IMG/VR virus record: IMGVR_UViG_3300031963_008656
Location: 1-64,000 of that record
Length of the DNA: 64,000 nt
Origin: a virus
Direction: 5' to 3' (one strand)
The position numbers and the translations under genes are program-made. The notes beneath the pieces were generated by a model. That model saw only the letters and a program-made list of their open reading frames with translations, had not been told where the DNA came from and made no database searches. Positions 26,427-36,971 of this stretch are shown here, one piece after another; position 1 is the first letter of the stretch; the number at the start of each line of letters is the position of its first letter.

Positions 26427-26869
26427 TCAATTGGTAACGGAAAAACTCTTCCAGTCAAGCTGAATCTAGTATGTCCAGATTCTATGCCTTCTACACTATG
26501 ATATCTGCTGGCATGCAATATGTGCCATTGATGTGTTGGAATAACAAAACTGTGTGTTATGGTAGTTTTATCATCTTCAAAAAAATTGGTCCTAACATTG
26601 CTTCCACCAGCGTCAATCAAATACGTTAATTTTACTTCAGTACCAACATCTTTGTGTGCAATGATATCGTTGTTCATAAACTGAAATCCCCAATGCATAG
26701 TGTCACAAATATTTTGCTTGCACCATGTATCTATCTGTTGGGTAAAATCGTCTGACCACTTGTAAGCACCGTTAAGATAGTTGGCCTTAAACGAGTATTG
26801 ATCAAAATTGTAATTGAGGCTGTCTAAAATCTCAACTGGAATTTTAGGCAGATTCAGATATCTAATCAC
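26423..26869 (-). CDS. hypothetical protein (GTG start in the ORF track)
   Basis: 148-aa ORF. Confidence 0.45.
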   Translation of the reverse strand: MIRYLNLPKIPVEILDSLNYNFDQYSFKANYLNGAYKWSDDFTQQIDTWCKQNICDTMHWGFQFMNNDIIAHKDVGTEVKLTYLIDAGGSNVRTNFFEDDKTTITHSFVIPTHQWHILHASRYHSVEGIESGHTRFSLTGRVFPLPIE

Positions 26870-27039
26870 TCTTGATCCAAGGCCTCAATAGCATTGTCAT
26901 ATCCACGTTGGAAGTCGTCAGCATCTGCTTCGGCATCTTCCAGTTTCAAATAGGGGTTGAGGCATTTTTCGCCGGCCTTGGCCTGCTCATAGCCTTGTTG
27001 ATAAGGCGCTTGTTCATAAGGAGTGATTTTCTTAGCCAT
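26866..27039 (-). CDS. small ORF with a ribosome-modulation-factor (Rmf)-like motif, 57 aa, below the track threshold
   Basis: Hand translation: MAKKITPYEQAPYQQGYEQAKAGEKCLNPYLKLEDAEADADDFQRGYDNAIEALDQE. Compare E. coli Rmf ...QRGYQAGIAGRSKEMCPY... It exactly fills the gap with TAATG and GTGA overlaps. Confidence 0.35.
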   Translation of the reverse strand: MAKKITPYEQAPYQQGYEQAKAGEKCLNPYLKLEDAEADADDFQRGYDNAIEALDQE

Positions 27040-27377
27040 TATTCTGCCCTTTCAATTTCAGTTGCTTCACGAACCAACACCAACAGTTCGTCTACAGTGT
27101 CAACGATGATCTTGGAAGTTTTCCAGTTGTCTTCATCGTCCCTACCGCTTACTTCAATCATGTAGCCATTGTCATACATGTTGATGCTAAAGTTTTCGTT
27201 AACTTTGACCAGCTTGTCGCTGAGTTTTTTTACAGACCCTTCAGTCTTTGTTTTTGCTTTTGATTTTGCCATTTGATTTTCCTCTGTAGTAAATGTAGTT
27301 AGTGCTTCAAATTCCAGTTTTAACTCTTCAAGAGCTAATAGTTCTGCTTTGGACACCATTGGTTTTCGTCCGGCCAT
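27039..27377 (-). CDS. hypothetical protein
   Basis: 112-aa ORF. Confidence 0.45.
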   Translation of the reverse strand: MAGRKPMVSKAELLALEELKLEFEALTTFTTEENQMAKSKAKTKTEGSVKKLSDKLVKVNENFSINMYDNGYMIEVSGRDDEDNWKTSKIIVDTVDELLVLVREATEIERAE

Positions 27378-27487
27378 TTAGATCTCCTCCAAATGGTATT
27401 GTGAGTAGGGATAGTTCGCTTGCAACCATTCCAACAATCCTTCTTCAACTGGAAATTGAATGTTGCCAGTATAATTAGTAATAATTA

Positions 27488-27898
27488 TCATACGCAAACT
27501 TCCTCTTTGAGATATCGTTTGAGTTCTTTGTCATTGGGTTCTACAGTATAGTTCTTCTTGAAAAAAATTTCATAACTATCACTGCCGTATTTGCCAATGC
27601 CGTACAAATCGGTAGCATCATCACCATTCCAAGTCATGTAGTCTTGACTCATTTTTTTCAATCTGGTGTATCTTACATTAGCCATACCTAATGGTGCAAT
27701 AATGCTTTTTACAAAATCTTCATCGGCTGCGATCAATGCTTCCGGCGTTGGGAACCAGTATAAAAATTCTGGCAAGGTTGTTTTTACAGATTTGCGGCCT
27801 GTTTGATTCAACATGATCACTCCAACCATGTGTTCCCATGAGTTAGAGATTTGTTGTTGAACCATCAGATCATCTCGTAATGCATGAAAAAATATCAT
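27488..27898 (-). CDS. hypothetical protein
   Basis: 136-aa ORF. Confidence 0.45.
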   Translation of the reverse strand: MIFFHALRDDLMVQQQISNSWEHMVGVIMLNQTGRKSVKTTLPEFLYWFPTPEALIAADEDFVKSIIAPLGMANVRYTRLKKMSQDYMTWNGDDATDLYGIGKYGSDSYEIFFKKNYTVEPNDKELKRYLKEEVCV

Positions 27899-28587
27899 CG
27901 TGGTGCAAAGTCCTGTTGTAGTTTGATGTTGTCAAAGAATTCTTTTTTTACACTTTGGTCTGATTTAAACGCACCGTGTAAAACTGTTGTTTGGGTGAGA
28001 CTAGAGTGAGCCATGATACCGCGATTCTCACAACAACCATGGGTAGCTTGTATATAAACTGCAACATCCTTGGACCCGGTCGCGAATTCAATTTCGCGAG
28101 CAATATCCATACATAGCTCTTCTTGGAGAGTGCCTCGACGGGCACACCATTGCGCAATCCTGGTATACTTGGATAGACCAATAAGTTTGGGGCCAGCAAT
28201 GATTCCAATATAAGCCACACCCGTAACAGGCTGGTGATGATGCGAACACATGCTCTTAAGCTCTGAACGCACCACAAGCATACCTTCGTATGCTCCGTCC
28301 GTATCGTTTGGGAAAGCCGTAGCATTAGGGCTCGTCTCATAGCGACCAGCCATAATTTCATTGAAGTACATTTTTGCAAGGCGTTGCGCCGTGCCTTGTG
28401 AGTTAGGATCATTTTCCCTGTCAATTAGTAGTGTATCGAGAACTTGTTCAAATGCTTGAGTGGCCTCCATAATCAAATGTTCACGATCTGACTCAGCAAC
28501 ATAATCACTGATGTTGTCACCAGCCCAGAATCTCTTGCCGTCTGCCTTCATGCGTTCGCGAAGGACTTGTGATAGATTTTTTTCCAA
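27895..28587 (-). CDS. folE: GTP cyclohydrolase I
   Basis: SMCSHHHQPV (compare CEHH) and ATHGCCENRG (compare HMCMxxRG). TTG start in the track. Confidence 0.8.
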   Translation of the reverse strand: MEKNLSQVLRERMKADGKRFWAGDNISDYVAESDREHLIMEATQAFEQVLDTLLIDRENDPNSQGTAQRLAKMYFNEIMAGRYETSPNATAFPNDTDGAYEGMLVVRSELKSMCSHHHQPVTGVAYIGIIAGPKLIGLSKYTRIAQWCARRGTLQEELCMDIAREIEFATGSKDVAVYIQATHGCCENRGIMAHSSLTQTTVLHGAFKSDQSVKKEFFDNIKLQQDFAPR

Positions 28588-28625
28588 TTGTTATTCTCCG
28601 AGTTATAAGACGTGGATGTCTATGT

Positions 28626-28658
28626 GTTAATTGTAAACTATTTAGATTGACTTGTCAA
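28626..28658 (-). promoter_or_regulatory. sigma70-like promoter upstream of folE (TTGACA-17-TACAAT)
   Basis: Minus-strand reading: TTGACA, agtcaatctaaatagtt, TACAAT. Confidence 0.4.
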
Positions 28659-29326
28659 TAGATTAATTGATTTGTGACCCATCTAATTAACCTATCTGCT
28701 ATAACTTGATGGCCCAGTTGATTGGGATGGCCACCACTACTGCTAAACAATTCATGTCCTCGTTCCATACTGGTAAATTTCACTCCCAGTATGTCAGCAC
28801 AAGTTACCTTGCCATTCTCATACATGTATCTAGTGTCTACTTCAGACCAAAATTTTATCTTTTGCCAGCCAGCAACAAATAGTGCATTTACCCTGGCTTC
28901 TCTGCAAATTCCTTGCACAGTCAAGATAGCAGTGTTCACAGCATAATCGTGTGCGGCATCGCTAGAAAAATACTTGTAATACAATTCGTTTAGATTGTGT
29001 TCTGTGGGATTGGCATTGGGCACAGCCACTCCGTTGGGTTGCAAATGTACCAGCCGATCATGCCAGGTCATGTGACGTTGTTGAGAAGTCAAAAACACCA
29101 ATACAGTGTACCTATTGTCTGGATTTTCTCTTTCAGTGCGGTACTTGTCTAAAAAGCCTTTGAGTTGCAACACTGTGTGAGGAATGCTGGATCCAGGTAC
29201 TGCAACATTATCCACACTGGTCACATTCAAACGGTCACCAATGATCTGGCCAAATGATTTTTCGCCTGGCTCAAGTTCTGCACCATATGCCCAACTGTCT
29301 CCTAAAATAGCAAGTCTATGAATCAT
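28655..29326 (-). CDS. GDSL/SGNH-family hydrolase
   Basis: ILGDSWAYGAE block I with Ser nucleophile. Confidence 0.55.
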   Translation of the reverse strand: MIHRLAILGDSWAYGAELEPGEKSFGQIIGDRLNVTSVDNVAVPGSSIPHTVLQLKGFLDKYRTERENPDNRYTVLVFLTSQQRHMTWHDRLVHLQPNGVAVPNANPTEHNLNELYYKYFSSDAAHDYAVNTAILTVQGICREARVNALFVAGWQKIKFWSEVDTRYMYENGKVTCADILGVKFTSMERGHELFSSSGGHPNQLGHQVIADRLIRWVTNQLIY

Positions 29327-30317
29327 TCTTATCAAACTCTGTTTCCACGCGGCTGTACCAAGCATCTACGTCTCGTGCATATTCTCTCAACAGATTATAG
29401 TTGTTTTCAATGCGTGTGGACAACTGTTGTTTTAACTCACAACATTGTCCCACAGTCAATTGATCTAGCCTGTGTATTTCTTTCAGCACAGCATGTAATC
29501 TCTGATCTTCATCTGTGATGTTGTCATAACTGTGTGTGACAATGTCATCAAACACATCAAACCCCAGTTTACGCACTTCAGCAACCAGACCAGGAACTGC
29601 AAACCAAATTGGAATTTGTCTCAAGCCAAATGCCTTGAATGTTTTTTCACTGATAAAATGACTGCGCCACACGCCAACATCAGACTGACTGCCAGACTCT
29701 GCAACAATATTGAACATGCAGGTTTTGAACATGCTGTTGGTTTGGTCATGTTCTAGCCCAGTTGATCGTTCCACAATCCCATCCAACAACAGCGGCAATT
29801 CTCTTGGTATAATTTCTCGGTATTCGTTGGTAATGTTATTGGCACCCATGCTACCAAAGCTGAGTCTGACACTAGAGATGTCCGTCAACCCAGCAGCAAG
29901 TCTAGCACGACTTATACTGGGCCTACGAATCAAACACAAAAACTTTGTGTCAATGCCAGTAGCGGCACCAGACGCATCAAGACGATCAAACCAACCGGCA
30001 AAATTTGTTAGAAAAGTAGGTTGCGACAGTGCTTTGTACGAAAGGCCATCAACGTCAACCACAGCGTTGAATACCACCAGGATATCTTCAACTGGTAGTG
30101 TTTGCAAATACGTAATTAGATTGCCGATCACTTTGTCACACTGGCCTTCGGCTCTAAAATCTACTATGAGTTTTTTGCCGTGCAAGTCGGCTCGTGACAT
30201 TCCGCTGGTTGCTAAATCTTGTTCTACTCTAGGACCAGGGTTATCAAGATACCATTGTGCCATGTGCAATGCACCATAATGCACAAGATTGCGTCTTGAA
30301 AAACTAAACCACTTCAT
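29316..30317 (-). CDS. paralog-family protein C (LGFDVFDDIVTHSYD)
   Basis: Same C-terminal motif block as 10373, 13634 and 50370. Confidence 0.55.
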   Translation of the reverse strand: MKWFSFSRRNLVHYGALHMAQWYLDNPGPRVEQDLATSGMSRADLHGKKLIVDFRAEGQCDKVIGNLITYLQTLPVEDILVVFNAVVDVDGLSYKALSQPTFLTNFAGWFDRLDASGAATGIDTKFLCLIRRPSISRARLAAGLTDISSVRLSFGSMGANNITNEYREIIPRELPLLLDGIVERSTGLEHDQTNSMFKTCMFNIVAESGSQSDVGVWRSHFISEKTFKAFGLRQIPIWFAVPGLVAEVRKLGFDVFDDIVTHSYDNITDEDQRLHAVLKEIHRLDQLTVGQCCELKQQLSTRIENNYNLLREYARDVDAWYSRVETEFDKNDS

Positions 30318-30910
30318 TCAACAATCTTGATATTTCTTAGATCAGGATATGGCACATACACAGGTTTAGGATTGTGTTCCTTGACACCTTGTAGCAATGC
30401 CACACCTTGAATGGCATCTTCAATACTGGGCTTGTAGTGATAGCCCACATGAAATGTCTTTTGGTCCTGCCAAGGTGCCACAGTCAAGTCTCTGCCATCA
30501 TAGCGTTGGCGCAATATGGTTTCATATGCTTTTTTATCATCCAACAATATAGCACCACCATGCCCAATAGCCAATGGCTTTGTATGTCCAAAACTCAAAC
30601 ACTGCATGGTGCCTGGCCGATACATATCCTGTTCCAATCTGCGAGCTGAGTCCCAAATTCTAGTGTAAGTGAATTCATACTCGCCTTCCCAATGCTGCCA
30701 GTCAATATCGTGATAGACATAGTGAATGCCTAACTTGTGCATGGTCATAGGAATGCTCAAATAAGTGTAAGGTGTAAACTTACAAGCTCGTACTCGATCA
30801 TATCGCAAGCAAAGTTCAATGGCATGTGTACAGCAATCAGTCATGATTGCATACGGTGCTCCTGTGAACTCTGCTAGTTCTTCTTCAAACTTTTTTATCT
30901 TGTCGAACAT
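30314..30910 (-). CDS. short DegT/DnrJ/EryC1/StrS-like PLP aminotransferase domain protein
   Basis: TDCCTHAIELCLRY and SFGHTKPLAIGHGGAIL (compare SFHxxK...GEGG); only 198 aa. Confidence 0.5.
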   Translation of the reverse strand: MFDKIKKFEEELAEFTGAPYAIMTDCCTHAIELCLRYDRVRACKFTPYTYLSIPMTMHKLGIHYVYHDIDWQHWEGEYEFTYTRIWDSARRLEQDMYRPGTMQCLSFGHTKPLAIGHGGAILLDDKKAYETILRQRYDGRDLTVAPWQDQKTFHVGYHYKPSIEDAIQGVALLQGVKEHNPKPVYVPYPDLRNIKIVE

Positions 30911-31847
30911 ACCAGTTCCATGCGTGTTGAATCATGTCATCTAGCTCATAATGACGCCATGCTCCTGCTATCAAATTAAACTTTTCTGAACTGGCAGTAA
31001 GTACAGGAGGGTCACCGGCTCTACGCTTGCCAACAACAACATTCAATGGTTGTTGTGTTTCATCAAGTGCGGCTTCAATAATGCCGTGATTGCTTGTGCC
31101 CATGCTGGAGCCAAGATTGTAAACGCCCGCAGGGATTTTGTGATATAACGCCAGAACGTGGGCCCGGGCAATATCATCCACATGCACGTAATCACGCACA
31201 CATGTACCATCCTCAGTGGGGAAATCGTTTCCGTTTAACACAAAATCTTTTTGATCCCTTATGCTTTCAAGCACTCTAGCAATAATATGTGTGGCACCAG
31301 GCTCTTGACCATGCCTGCCTTTGGGGTCTGCACCACATGCATTGAAATAGCGAAAACTAACATAGTCAAGACCGTATGCCCGGTGATAGCTTTCCAGCAT
31401 CATGTCAATCATCAGTTTAGATTCGCCATAAGGACTAACAGGTTCGTTGGGATCCACTTCATGTATGGGATTCATGACGGGCTCACCGTATGTGGCTGCT
31501 GAACTTGAAAACACCAATCTACAACGAGGCATGCTTTGTTTAACAATATCCAACAACTTCAATGTTTTGGCCACATTGTTGTTGTAGTATTCTGAAGGGT
31601 TCTGTACTGAAGGCCCCACAAGGCTGGTGCCAGCACAATGAATGATAGCATTGGGTTGCTTTTGTATGATCCAACTCAGTGCTACATCACTTGCAAAGTC
31701 CTGATACAAGAATCCATCGGGCACACCTCTAAGATGTTCAGGAGGCTGTCTGCGATCAATGCCGTATACTTCATGCCCGGCATCTTTCAATGCCAGCATG
31801 GTCTGACCACCAATGTACCCGGCTGATCCAGTTACAATTACAATCAT
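30885..31847 (-). CDS. NAD-dependent sugar epimerase/dehydratase (UDP-glucose 4-epimerase-like)
   Basis: VTGSAGYIG Rossmann motif and YGESK (YxxxK). Confidence 0.75.
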   Translation of the reverse strand: MIVIVTGSAGYIGGQTMLALKDAGHEVYGIDRRQPPEHLRGVPDGFLYQDFASDVALSWIIQKQPNAIIHCAGTSLVGPSVQNPSEYYNNNVAKTLKLLDIVKQSMPRCRLVFSSSAATYGEPVMNPIHEVDPNEPVSPYGESKLMIDMMLESYHRAYGLDYVSFRYFNACGADPKGRHGQEPGATHIIARVLESIRDQKDFVLNGNDFPTEDGTCVRDYVHVDDIARAHVLALYHKIPAGVYNLGSSMGTSNHGIIEAALDETQQPLNVVVGKRRAGDPPVLTASSEKFNLIAGAWRHYELDDMIQHAWNWYVRQDKKV

Positions 31848-33058
31848 TTTTCAATCTTTACAACTTGATATTTTTCGTGAGAAGCGTGGTCACGATAGCG
31901 GTTGCCCGCTCTATTCCATTGCTCACCGCTACCACTAATAATATCAATAACGCGATCCACAGTGGCATTGTTCCAATCTGAAATAAGTCCCATGTTGTGG
32001 TGCGGCTCGCGAAGTAGGTTTTGCATTTTGTGATAAGCATCATCTATGCTCCAGGGAATATACAGTCTATTGGGATCGTTCGCGAAGGTTTCAGGAAAAC
32101 TGCGATACGCTGGATATAGCACATTGCATCCAACAGTATCGGCCTCTGATACGGTGTTTGAAACCCAATCTTGTAAAGCACAATTAAACAACACACGAGT
32201 ATTGTTGAGATGACTATAGTATTCATTCTTGCTTATATTGTCGTAGATCTTGAGCTTGCCTTCTGCCTCCATACGGAGGGCACGTTCAATATAGTCTGGA
32301 TTGTTGGATCGGAGAGGTCCGCCACTGTATATTGCAAACTCACACGGTTCGGAGGTAAGCTCACCATACATCTCAATAAGGTCCATGAAGAATCCAGGTT
32401 GTTTTTCCTGATCGAAACGGGCTGCAAAACCCACTCGTCTCGGTCTTTCAGCAAACGGCGTGATATTCTCTGTACCGCCAATTCTTTCCAGAACCTCTGA
32501 TTTTCCAAATGCCAGACCGGAAATGTTGTAGATTGGAGCAGTCCATCCAGCGATGCGCATGTGCGCGACCATTTCTTCATTGGTAGCCAATACTGCACCC
32601 CCCGAGAAAGCCACCATCTCATTGACCATTTGTTCATACAAGTTCATCCACTTTGCCATACCCCACACATGCACAAAGTCATCAGGATCAATGGCCTGTG
32701 CCAAACAACGAACATAAATCTTTGGACATTGTTCTTGTGGAATCTGATTCATGATGTAACCAAGGCTTTCAAAGCCCGGCTGGAACATGTCTTCAAAGTA
32801 GATCACATCGTCACCGGTAACATCGCCGTTCTTCATGAGCTGAACCAAGTTCATCATTTGGCTCATGGCAAAGAAACTGCGTCCGTGTGCGTCTAACACT
32901 TGACCTACTGAGATAGCTTGTGTGTTGTCAATTGTAGTGCCAGGCACATACACAACATCAAGACCTCTGCGGTCAAACACACGTCGATTCCACTCTGTGA
33001 GTTGTAGTGTGTAGCGGGCTTCATAACTTTCCAAGCCCATGTAAAATAGTTTTCTCAT
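31844..33058 (-). CDS. hypothetical protein (possible sugar-modifying enzyme)
   Basis: 404 aa, lies within the glycan-gene block. Confidence 0.5.
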   Translation of the reverse strand: MRKLFYMGLESYEARYTLQLTEWNRRVFDRRGLDVVYVPGTTIDNTQAISVGQVLDAHGRSFFAMSQMMNLVQLMKNGDVTGDDVIYFEDMFQPGFESLGYIMNQIPQEQCPKIYVRCLAQAIDPDDFVHVWGMAKWMNLYEQMVNEMVAFSGGAVLATNEEMVAHMRIAGWTAPIYNISGLAFGKSEVLERIGGTENITPFAERPRRVGFAARFDQEKQPGFFMDLIEMYGELTSEPCEFAIYSGGPLRSNNPDYIERALRMEAEGKLKIYDNISKNEYYSHLNNTRVLFNCALQDWVSNTVSEADTVGCNVLYPAYRSFPETFANDPNRLYIPWSIDDAYHKMQNLLREPHHNMGLISDWNNATVDRVIDIISGSGEQWNRAGNRYRDHASHEKYQVVKIEK

Positions 33059-33762
33059 TGATGTTCCTGTAAAAATTTTATCACTGTGGGTTTTAAATGT
33101 TCTGCAAACAGTACATTGCCTTTGAAGTTTGGATGAACATTGTTGAACAAATCTTGTGTTTCAAGTTGTTTCCAAAAAAAGAATGTGTCCCACACACTGT
33201 CTACCAAACTTGGTTCTGGATCGATGTTAGGGGTTTCGTGCATGAACCTGTGTATAACTTCAGCACCCCAACAATGATGCATATCAAATTCTGTGCCATC
33301 GTTTAGTATAACACAAACCGACCCATTATTAATAGTCATTCCGGCTTTGTCTGCTAGAAATTTTTGCCAGGAAAGATGTCCTATAGTAATGTTTGGATAA
33401 TTGCAATTAACAATGTCACTGTGTGCTCCAATTAACAACACAGGTTTATTTAAACTGTTGATTTTGTTCAGACAAAATTGATTGCATTCTTCCCAAATAT
33501 CTTTCCAGTCTGAACGCTGAATAAATTCTTTGAAAGTTAACTTAGTTGCATCTTGTAAACACAAAATAGGTTCATTATAGATCCAAATTACAGGTACATT
33601 AGGCGATCGTACCAATCTAATATAACTTCCCAACACACTAGTTCCAGATTGAGCATGGTCATAGAACTCAAACCCCCATTCCTTGGCAAGATTAGTTGTT
33701 GGTACATCCAGCGGCCAACTAGATGCCGCCCAACTTGGTCCAGTGTATGTAAATTTTTTCAT
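33055..33762 (-). CDS. hypothetical protein
   Basis: Start moved to Met69 to remove overlap with the 75-aa gene upstream. Confidence 0.45.
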   Translation of the reverse strand: MKKFTYTGPSWAASSWPLDVPTTNLAKEWGFEFYDHAQSGTSVLGSYIRLVRSPNVPVIWIYNEPILCLQDATKLTFKEFIQRSDWKDIWEECNQFCLNKINSLNKPVLLIGAHSDIVNCNYPNITIGHLSWQKFLADKAGMTINNGSVCVILNDGTEFDMHHCWGAEVIHRFMHETPNIDPEPSLVDSVWDTFFFWKQLETQDLFNNVHPNFKGNVLFAEHLKPTVIKFLQEHQ

Positions 33763-33769
33763 CAGCCAC

Positions 33770-33997
33770 TTAGTTACGAAATGCTCCGGCAAAGCGACGA
33801 GTGTCTTCGTCCCACATGTTCTTGGCATTCTTGCCTTGTGAAAACTTGTTGAACTGCTGCCAGGCATAACTCTTAAAGTTATACAAATCGGCTTCGTTGT
33901 AACGATAACCGTAGTCTTGGCAGAACTCCTGGAAGTGCTCAAGATGCTCAAAGAGCTCGGCCACACGTGGGTTAGATTTAATAGCGATTTTTGCCAT
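33770..33997 (-). CDS. hypothetical protein
   Basis: 75-aa ORF. Confidence 0.4.
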   Translation of the reverse strand: MAKIAIKSNPRVAELFEHLEHFQEFCQDYGYRYNEADLYNFKSYAWQQFNKFSQGKNAKNMWDEDTRRFAGAFRN

Positions 33998-34008
33998 TTT
34001 GTTTCCTA

Positions 34009-34452
34009 TTAGATAGCAATGTTAATACTAGGGCGGTGAGTTTCATACTTAATAAGAGCTCCGTTTTCACCATCTTCGGAGACCTCAATCCAGACTGAGC
34101 GTTCTGGATACCGTGCGGCAATTTGCAAATACAAATCGTCTGACATCATTTCACATGACTTGTAGTCGAGTTGGACGGTTCCTGACTCGTAGAGTTTTTG
34201 TAGCCATCGTTTGAACTGGATGAATTCAATGTCTCGATCATTGTGTACAACATCAATCCACACCCGGAAGTGGAAGATATGACGGTGAGGAGTACCAAGG
34301 AAACTAACATCATACTCATCGCCCGTCTTAAGGGCTGGATCTGTTGCGGCTGCGGGGTAGAAGTGGATGCCTTCTTTTTGGAAGGTAACCCAGATTCTTC
34401 TTTGTGCGGCATATTTGATTCTTTCAATTTGTTCACGTTCATCTTGTATCAT
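34009..34452 (-). CDS. hypothetical protein
   Basis: 147-aa ORF. Confidence 0.45.
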   Translation of the reverse strand: MIQDEREQIERIKYAAQRRIWVTFQKEGIHFYPAAATDPALKTGDEYDVSFLGTPHRHIFHFRVWIDVVHNDRDIEFIQFKRWLQKLYESGTVQLDYKSCEMMSDDLYLQIAARYPERSVWIEVSEDGENGALIKYETHRPSINIAI

Positions 34453-34982
34453 TTGATTACTTCATCCTTTGTGTATTGGTCCCAAGAGGTAAATGTTTTT
34501 CTATCCAGCAAGTCATGCAGGCTGTGACACCATACTCCTGGGTTGGTTGCTTTGAAATCTTTGTCGTCTAGCTTGATAGTGGCATTGTAGCCTAGCAGTT
34601 TAATATAAGGCAGTTTCACTGAAATCATAGGAACAAATTGTGCTTGTTCGCACAAGCTACCTTCGCACAATCCTTCCACAGCACTTGAATCAAGATCCAA
34701 GGTACACCAGTATCCTCGATCCAGCCACGGTTGAATCATCTGTTCCCAGGCAGTCCAGACTCCAGCATCGTTCATAGTGGGGTTTGGAAAACTTTGATTG
34801 GCGCCAAAGTAGATGTGTGTGATTGGATTTTTACTCTTGTGGTCTGACTCACCCAGTTGCCACATGATTTGATCTGCATCTTGCAGTCCGACCACAAACA
34901 ATGTACGGTGACCGGCTACAGGACTGGCCTCAACTTCTGTACCTACAAAGAAATTGGTATCTTCGTGTCCGGGTCTATTCAT
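34449..34982 (-). CDS. hypothetical protein
   Basis: 177-aa ORF. Confidence 0.45.
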   Translation of the reverse strand: MNRPGHEDTNFFVGTEVEASPVAGHRTLFVVGLQDADQIMWQLGESDHKSKNPITHIYFGANQSFPNPTMNDAGVWTAWEQMIQPWLDRGYWCTLDLDSSAVEGLCEGSLCEQAQFVPMISVKLPYIKLLGYNATIKLDDKDFKATNPGVWCHSLHDLLDRKTFTSWDQYTKDEVIK

Positions 34983-35956
34983 AATGTAATCTCAAATAAG
35001 TTAGATAAATGTTTGTTGTTTGCTTTTTTGTCTGTCTTAGTTTTTTTCATGCCAGGGTGTACCTTTTTATTTTTAAATTCAGTAGCATCAAAAATTGATC
35101 TTGGCACAAAGAAACGATCCATAACTCCAGATACTTTGGTATAACTTTTACCAAGGTCATTGCCGTTAAAATCACACATCACATAATCACCTAACCCCAT
35201 CATAAGATTGATAATATCATTGCAAGTGTACCCAAATCGTTTACAATGTGTATCTCGCAGTTCGACCTGAACCACGGGTTGATACTTAGCAATGGTTTGT
35301 GTTGCACCTTCTAATGCAAACAGTTCAGAACCTTCAATATCAATCTTAATAAGATCAACATTTTCAAACCCAAAACTGTCAAGTGTGCGTTGCTCTGCAG
35401 TCTGTGTGGGATTGTTGGTAGTTTTGCCATCAAGTAACACAGCATCACCGCGACTGCACTCGTTGGTTTTTTGTTCCATGGTAATAATTCCAGCGACTTT
35501 ACCTAATGCATATTCAAAAAACTCAATCTCTCCTATCAAGTCAAGACTGGCAAATGTGCCATTGGGGAACTTGAACCAGCCATCTGGACGATCCGGCTGA
35601 TGTCTTACTTGTTGCAGTTTGCTATCCCAATAACGACCTTGAAGTTTTGCATTTTTTGCAATGTCTACATTGAGTTTCATTAGTTCCATGCTAGACTGCA
35701 TGGGCTCAAAGGTTTTTACATGTTGGCACCAGGTGGCATATTCAATTGCGTTCATGCCAATGTTGCCACCAATGTCAATTACAGTTCTTGCATTAGGTAG
35801 CAAGCGACGATTCATTACCAAATTGCGAGCCTGGTATGGACCGTTTTCTCTTGCCATACGCTGTTCATAAAGTTTGTCATTGTCCCAGATCCAATATTGC
35901 CTGCCTATGCGGTTTGTTACTAGTTTTTTGTTGTTGATATCAAATAGTTGTGCCAT
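34979..35956 (-). CDS. FkbM-family methyltransferase
   Basis: VIDIGGNIGMNAIEY (compare DIGANIG). Confidence 0.6.
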   Translation of the reverse strand: MAQLFDINNKKLVTNRIGRQYWIWDNDKLYEQRMARENGPYQARNLVMNRRLLPNARTVIDIGGNIGMNAIEYATWCQHVKTFEPMQSSMELMKLNVDIAKNAKLQGRYWDSKLQQVRHQPDRPDGWFKFPNGTFASLDLIGEIEFFEYALGKVAGIITMEQKTNECSRGDAVLLDGKTTNNPTQTAEQRTLDSFGFENVDLIKIDIEGSELFALEGATQTIAKYQPVVQVELRDTHCKRFGYTCNDIINLMMGLGDYVMCDFNGNDLGKSYTKVSGVMDRFFVPRSIFDATEFKNKKVHPGMKKTKTDKKANNKHLSNLFEITL

Positions 35957-36027
35957 GTTGTTGCCTTATAAAGAAATCCTGCATACATATTTAACAGTAT
36001 ACAGGATCACGAGAGAGAAAGCAAGAG

Positions 36028-36951
36028 TTACTTCTTCTTTTTCCAACGATCTTTGAAGGCATCAGGGCACCATCTGGTTGCAATTTCCATTGGATCATTT
36101 TGAGCCAATACATCTAATGCTTCAGGAGTCAAATCGATTAACTTGCGTTCTGTCGAACCAGGAGTTATATTGTAGAGACTCTGCTTTGTTTCTTCCCTAA
36201 CATCTTCAAAATTTGAATCAGGAAGATCTTCAAACAAGCAAATAAATTCCTTGTAGTAAGAATTACGATTCCATCTATTATAGGTTACTTCTTGTATTGT
36301 TGCATTGGTTACGTCAATGAATCTTCCGTCAACATACTGTAACACTCCGTCGTTATATTTTTCAAACGGACGTAAATTTTCGTTAGTAGTGGGACCACCG
36401 TGTGTTCTTTCTGACGTATGAACGGTCGTTGCTAAAGCATGATTCATTGCATATCTAGCCATGTCTTTAGGGCTGACTCTCCTGCTGTTTTCGATCACTT
36501 CTCGAATTAAATCTTTTTCAATTTGTTTAATAGGATATGTGTGCTCGCAATGCCATTCATTGGCAAAGTTATCACCTGATAAACCGGCCAACCCTAGCTC
36601 ATGCATTCTTCCAATGGCCTTGCCAGTGATTAGATCTGTACCGCTATTGCCGGTAGCATGTTGTAATCCCATAACATCTGAATGAAATTTTCTGATACCG
36701 CCATTACTCCAATGCACAGTGTCACCAGAAATGCTCGCCTGGTTATATTCAGGTCCTGCGGCAAAACCACCATTGAAAAATCTTTTGTAATAGCAATATT
36801 CTTTGAGTTCTTCGATTGTGCGGGCTTTAACATGATTAGCAAATTTTCGCAAGTCGCCGGCCATAAATGCTAATCTTACACCGGCCGTTATAGCCTTTAG
36901 AACGGCTTTGTTGGGATCTTGTGCAAGTAGTTTCTGAATATTCAAAACCAA
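36028..36951 (-). CDS. hypothetical protein
   Basis: 307-aa ORF with AGGAG Shine-Dalgarno and a consensus promoter upstream. Confidence 0.5.
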   Translation of the reverse strand: MVLNIQKLLAQDPNKAVLKAITAGVRLAFMAGDLRKFANHVKARTIEELKEYCYYKRFFNGGFAAGPEYNQASISGDTVHWSNGGIRKFHSDVMGLQHATGNSGTDLITGKAIGRMHELGLAGLSGDNFANEWHCEHTYPIKQIEKDLIREVIENSRRVSPKDMARYAMNHALATTVHTSERTHGGPTTNENLRPFEKYNDGVLQYVDGRFIDVTNATIQEVTYNRWNRNSYYKEFICLFEDLPDSNFEDVREETKQSLYNITPGSTERKLIDLTPEALDVLAQNDPMEIATRWCPDAFKDRWKKKK

Positions 36952-36971
36952 CTCCTAAGTTGTTACAATGC

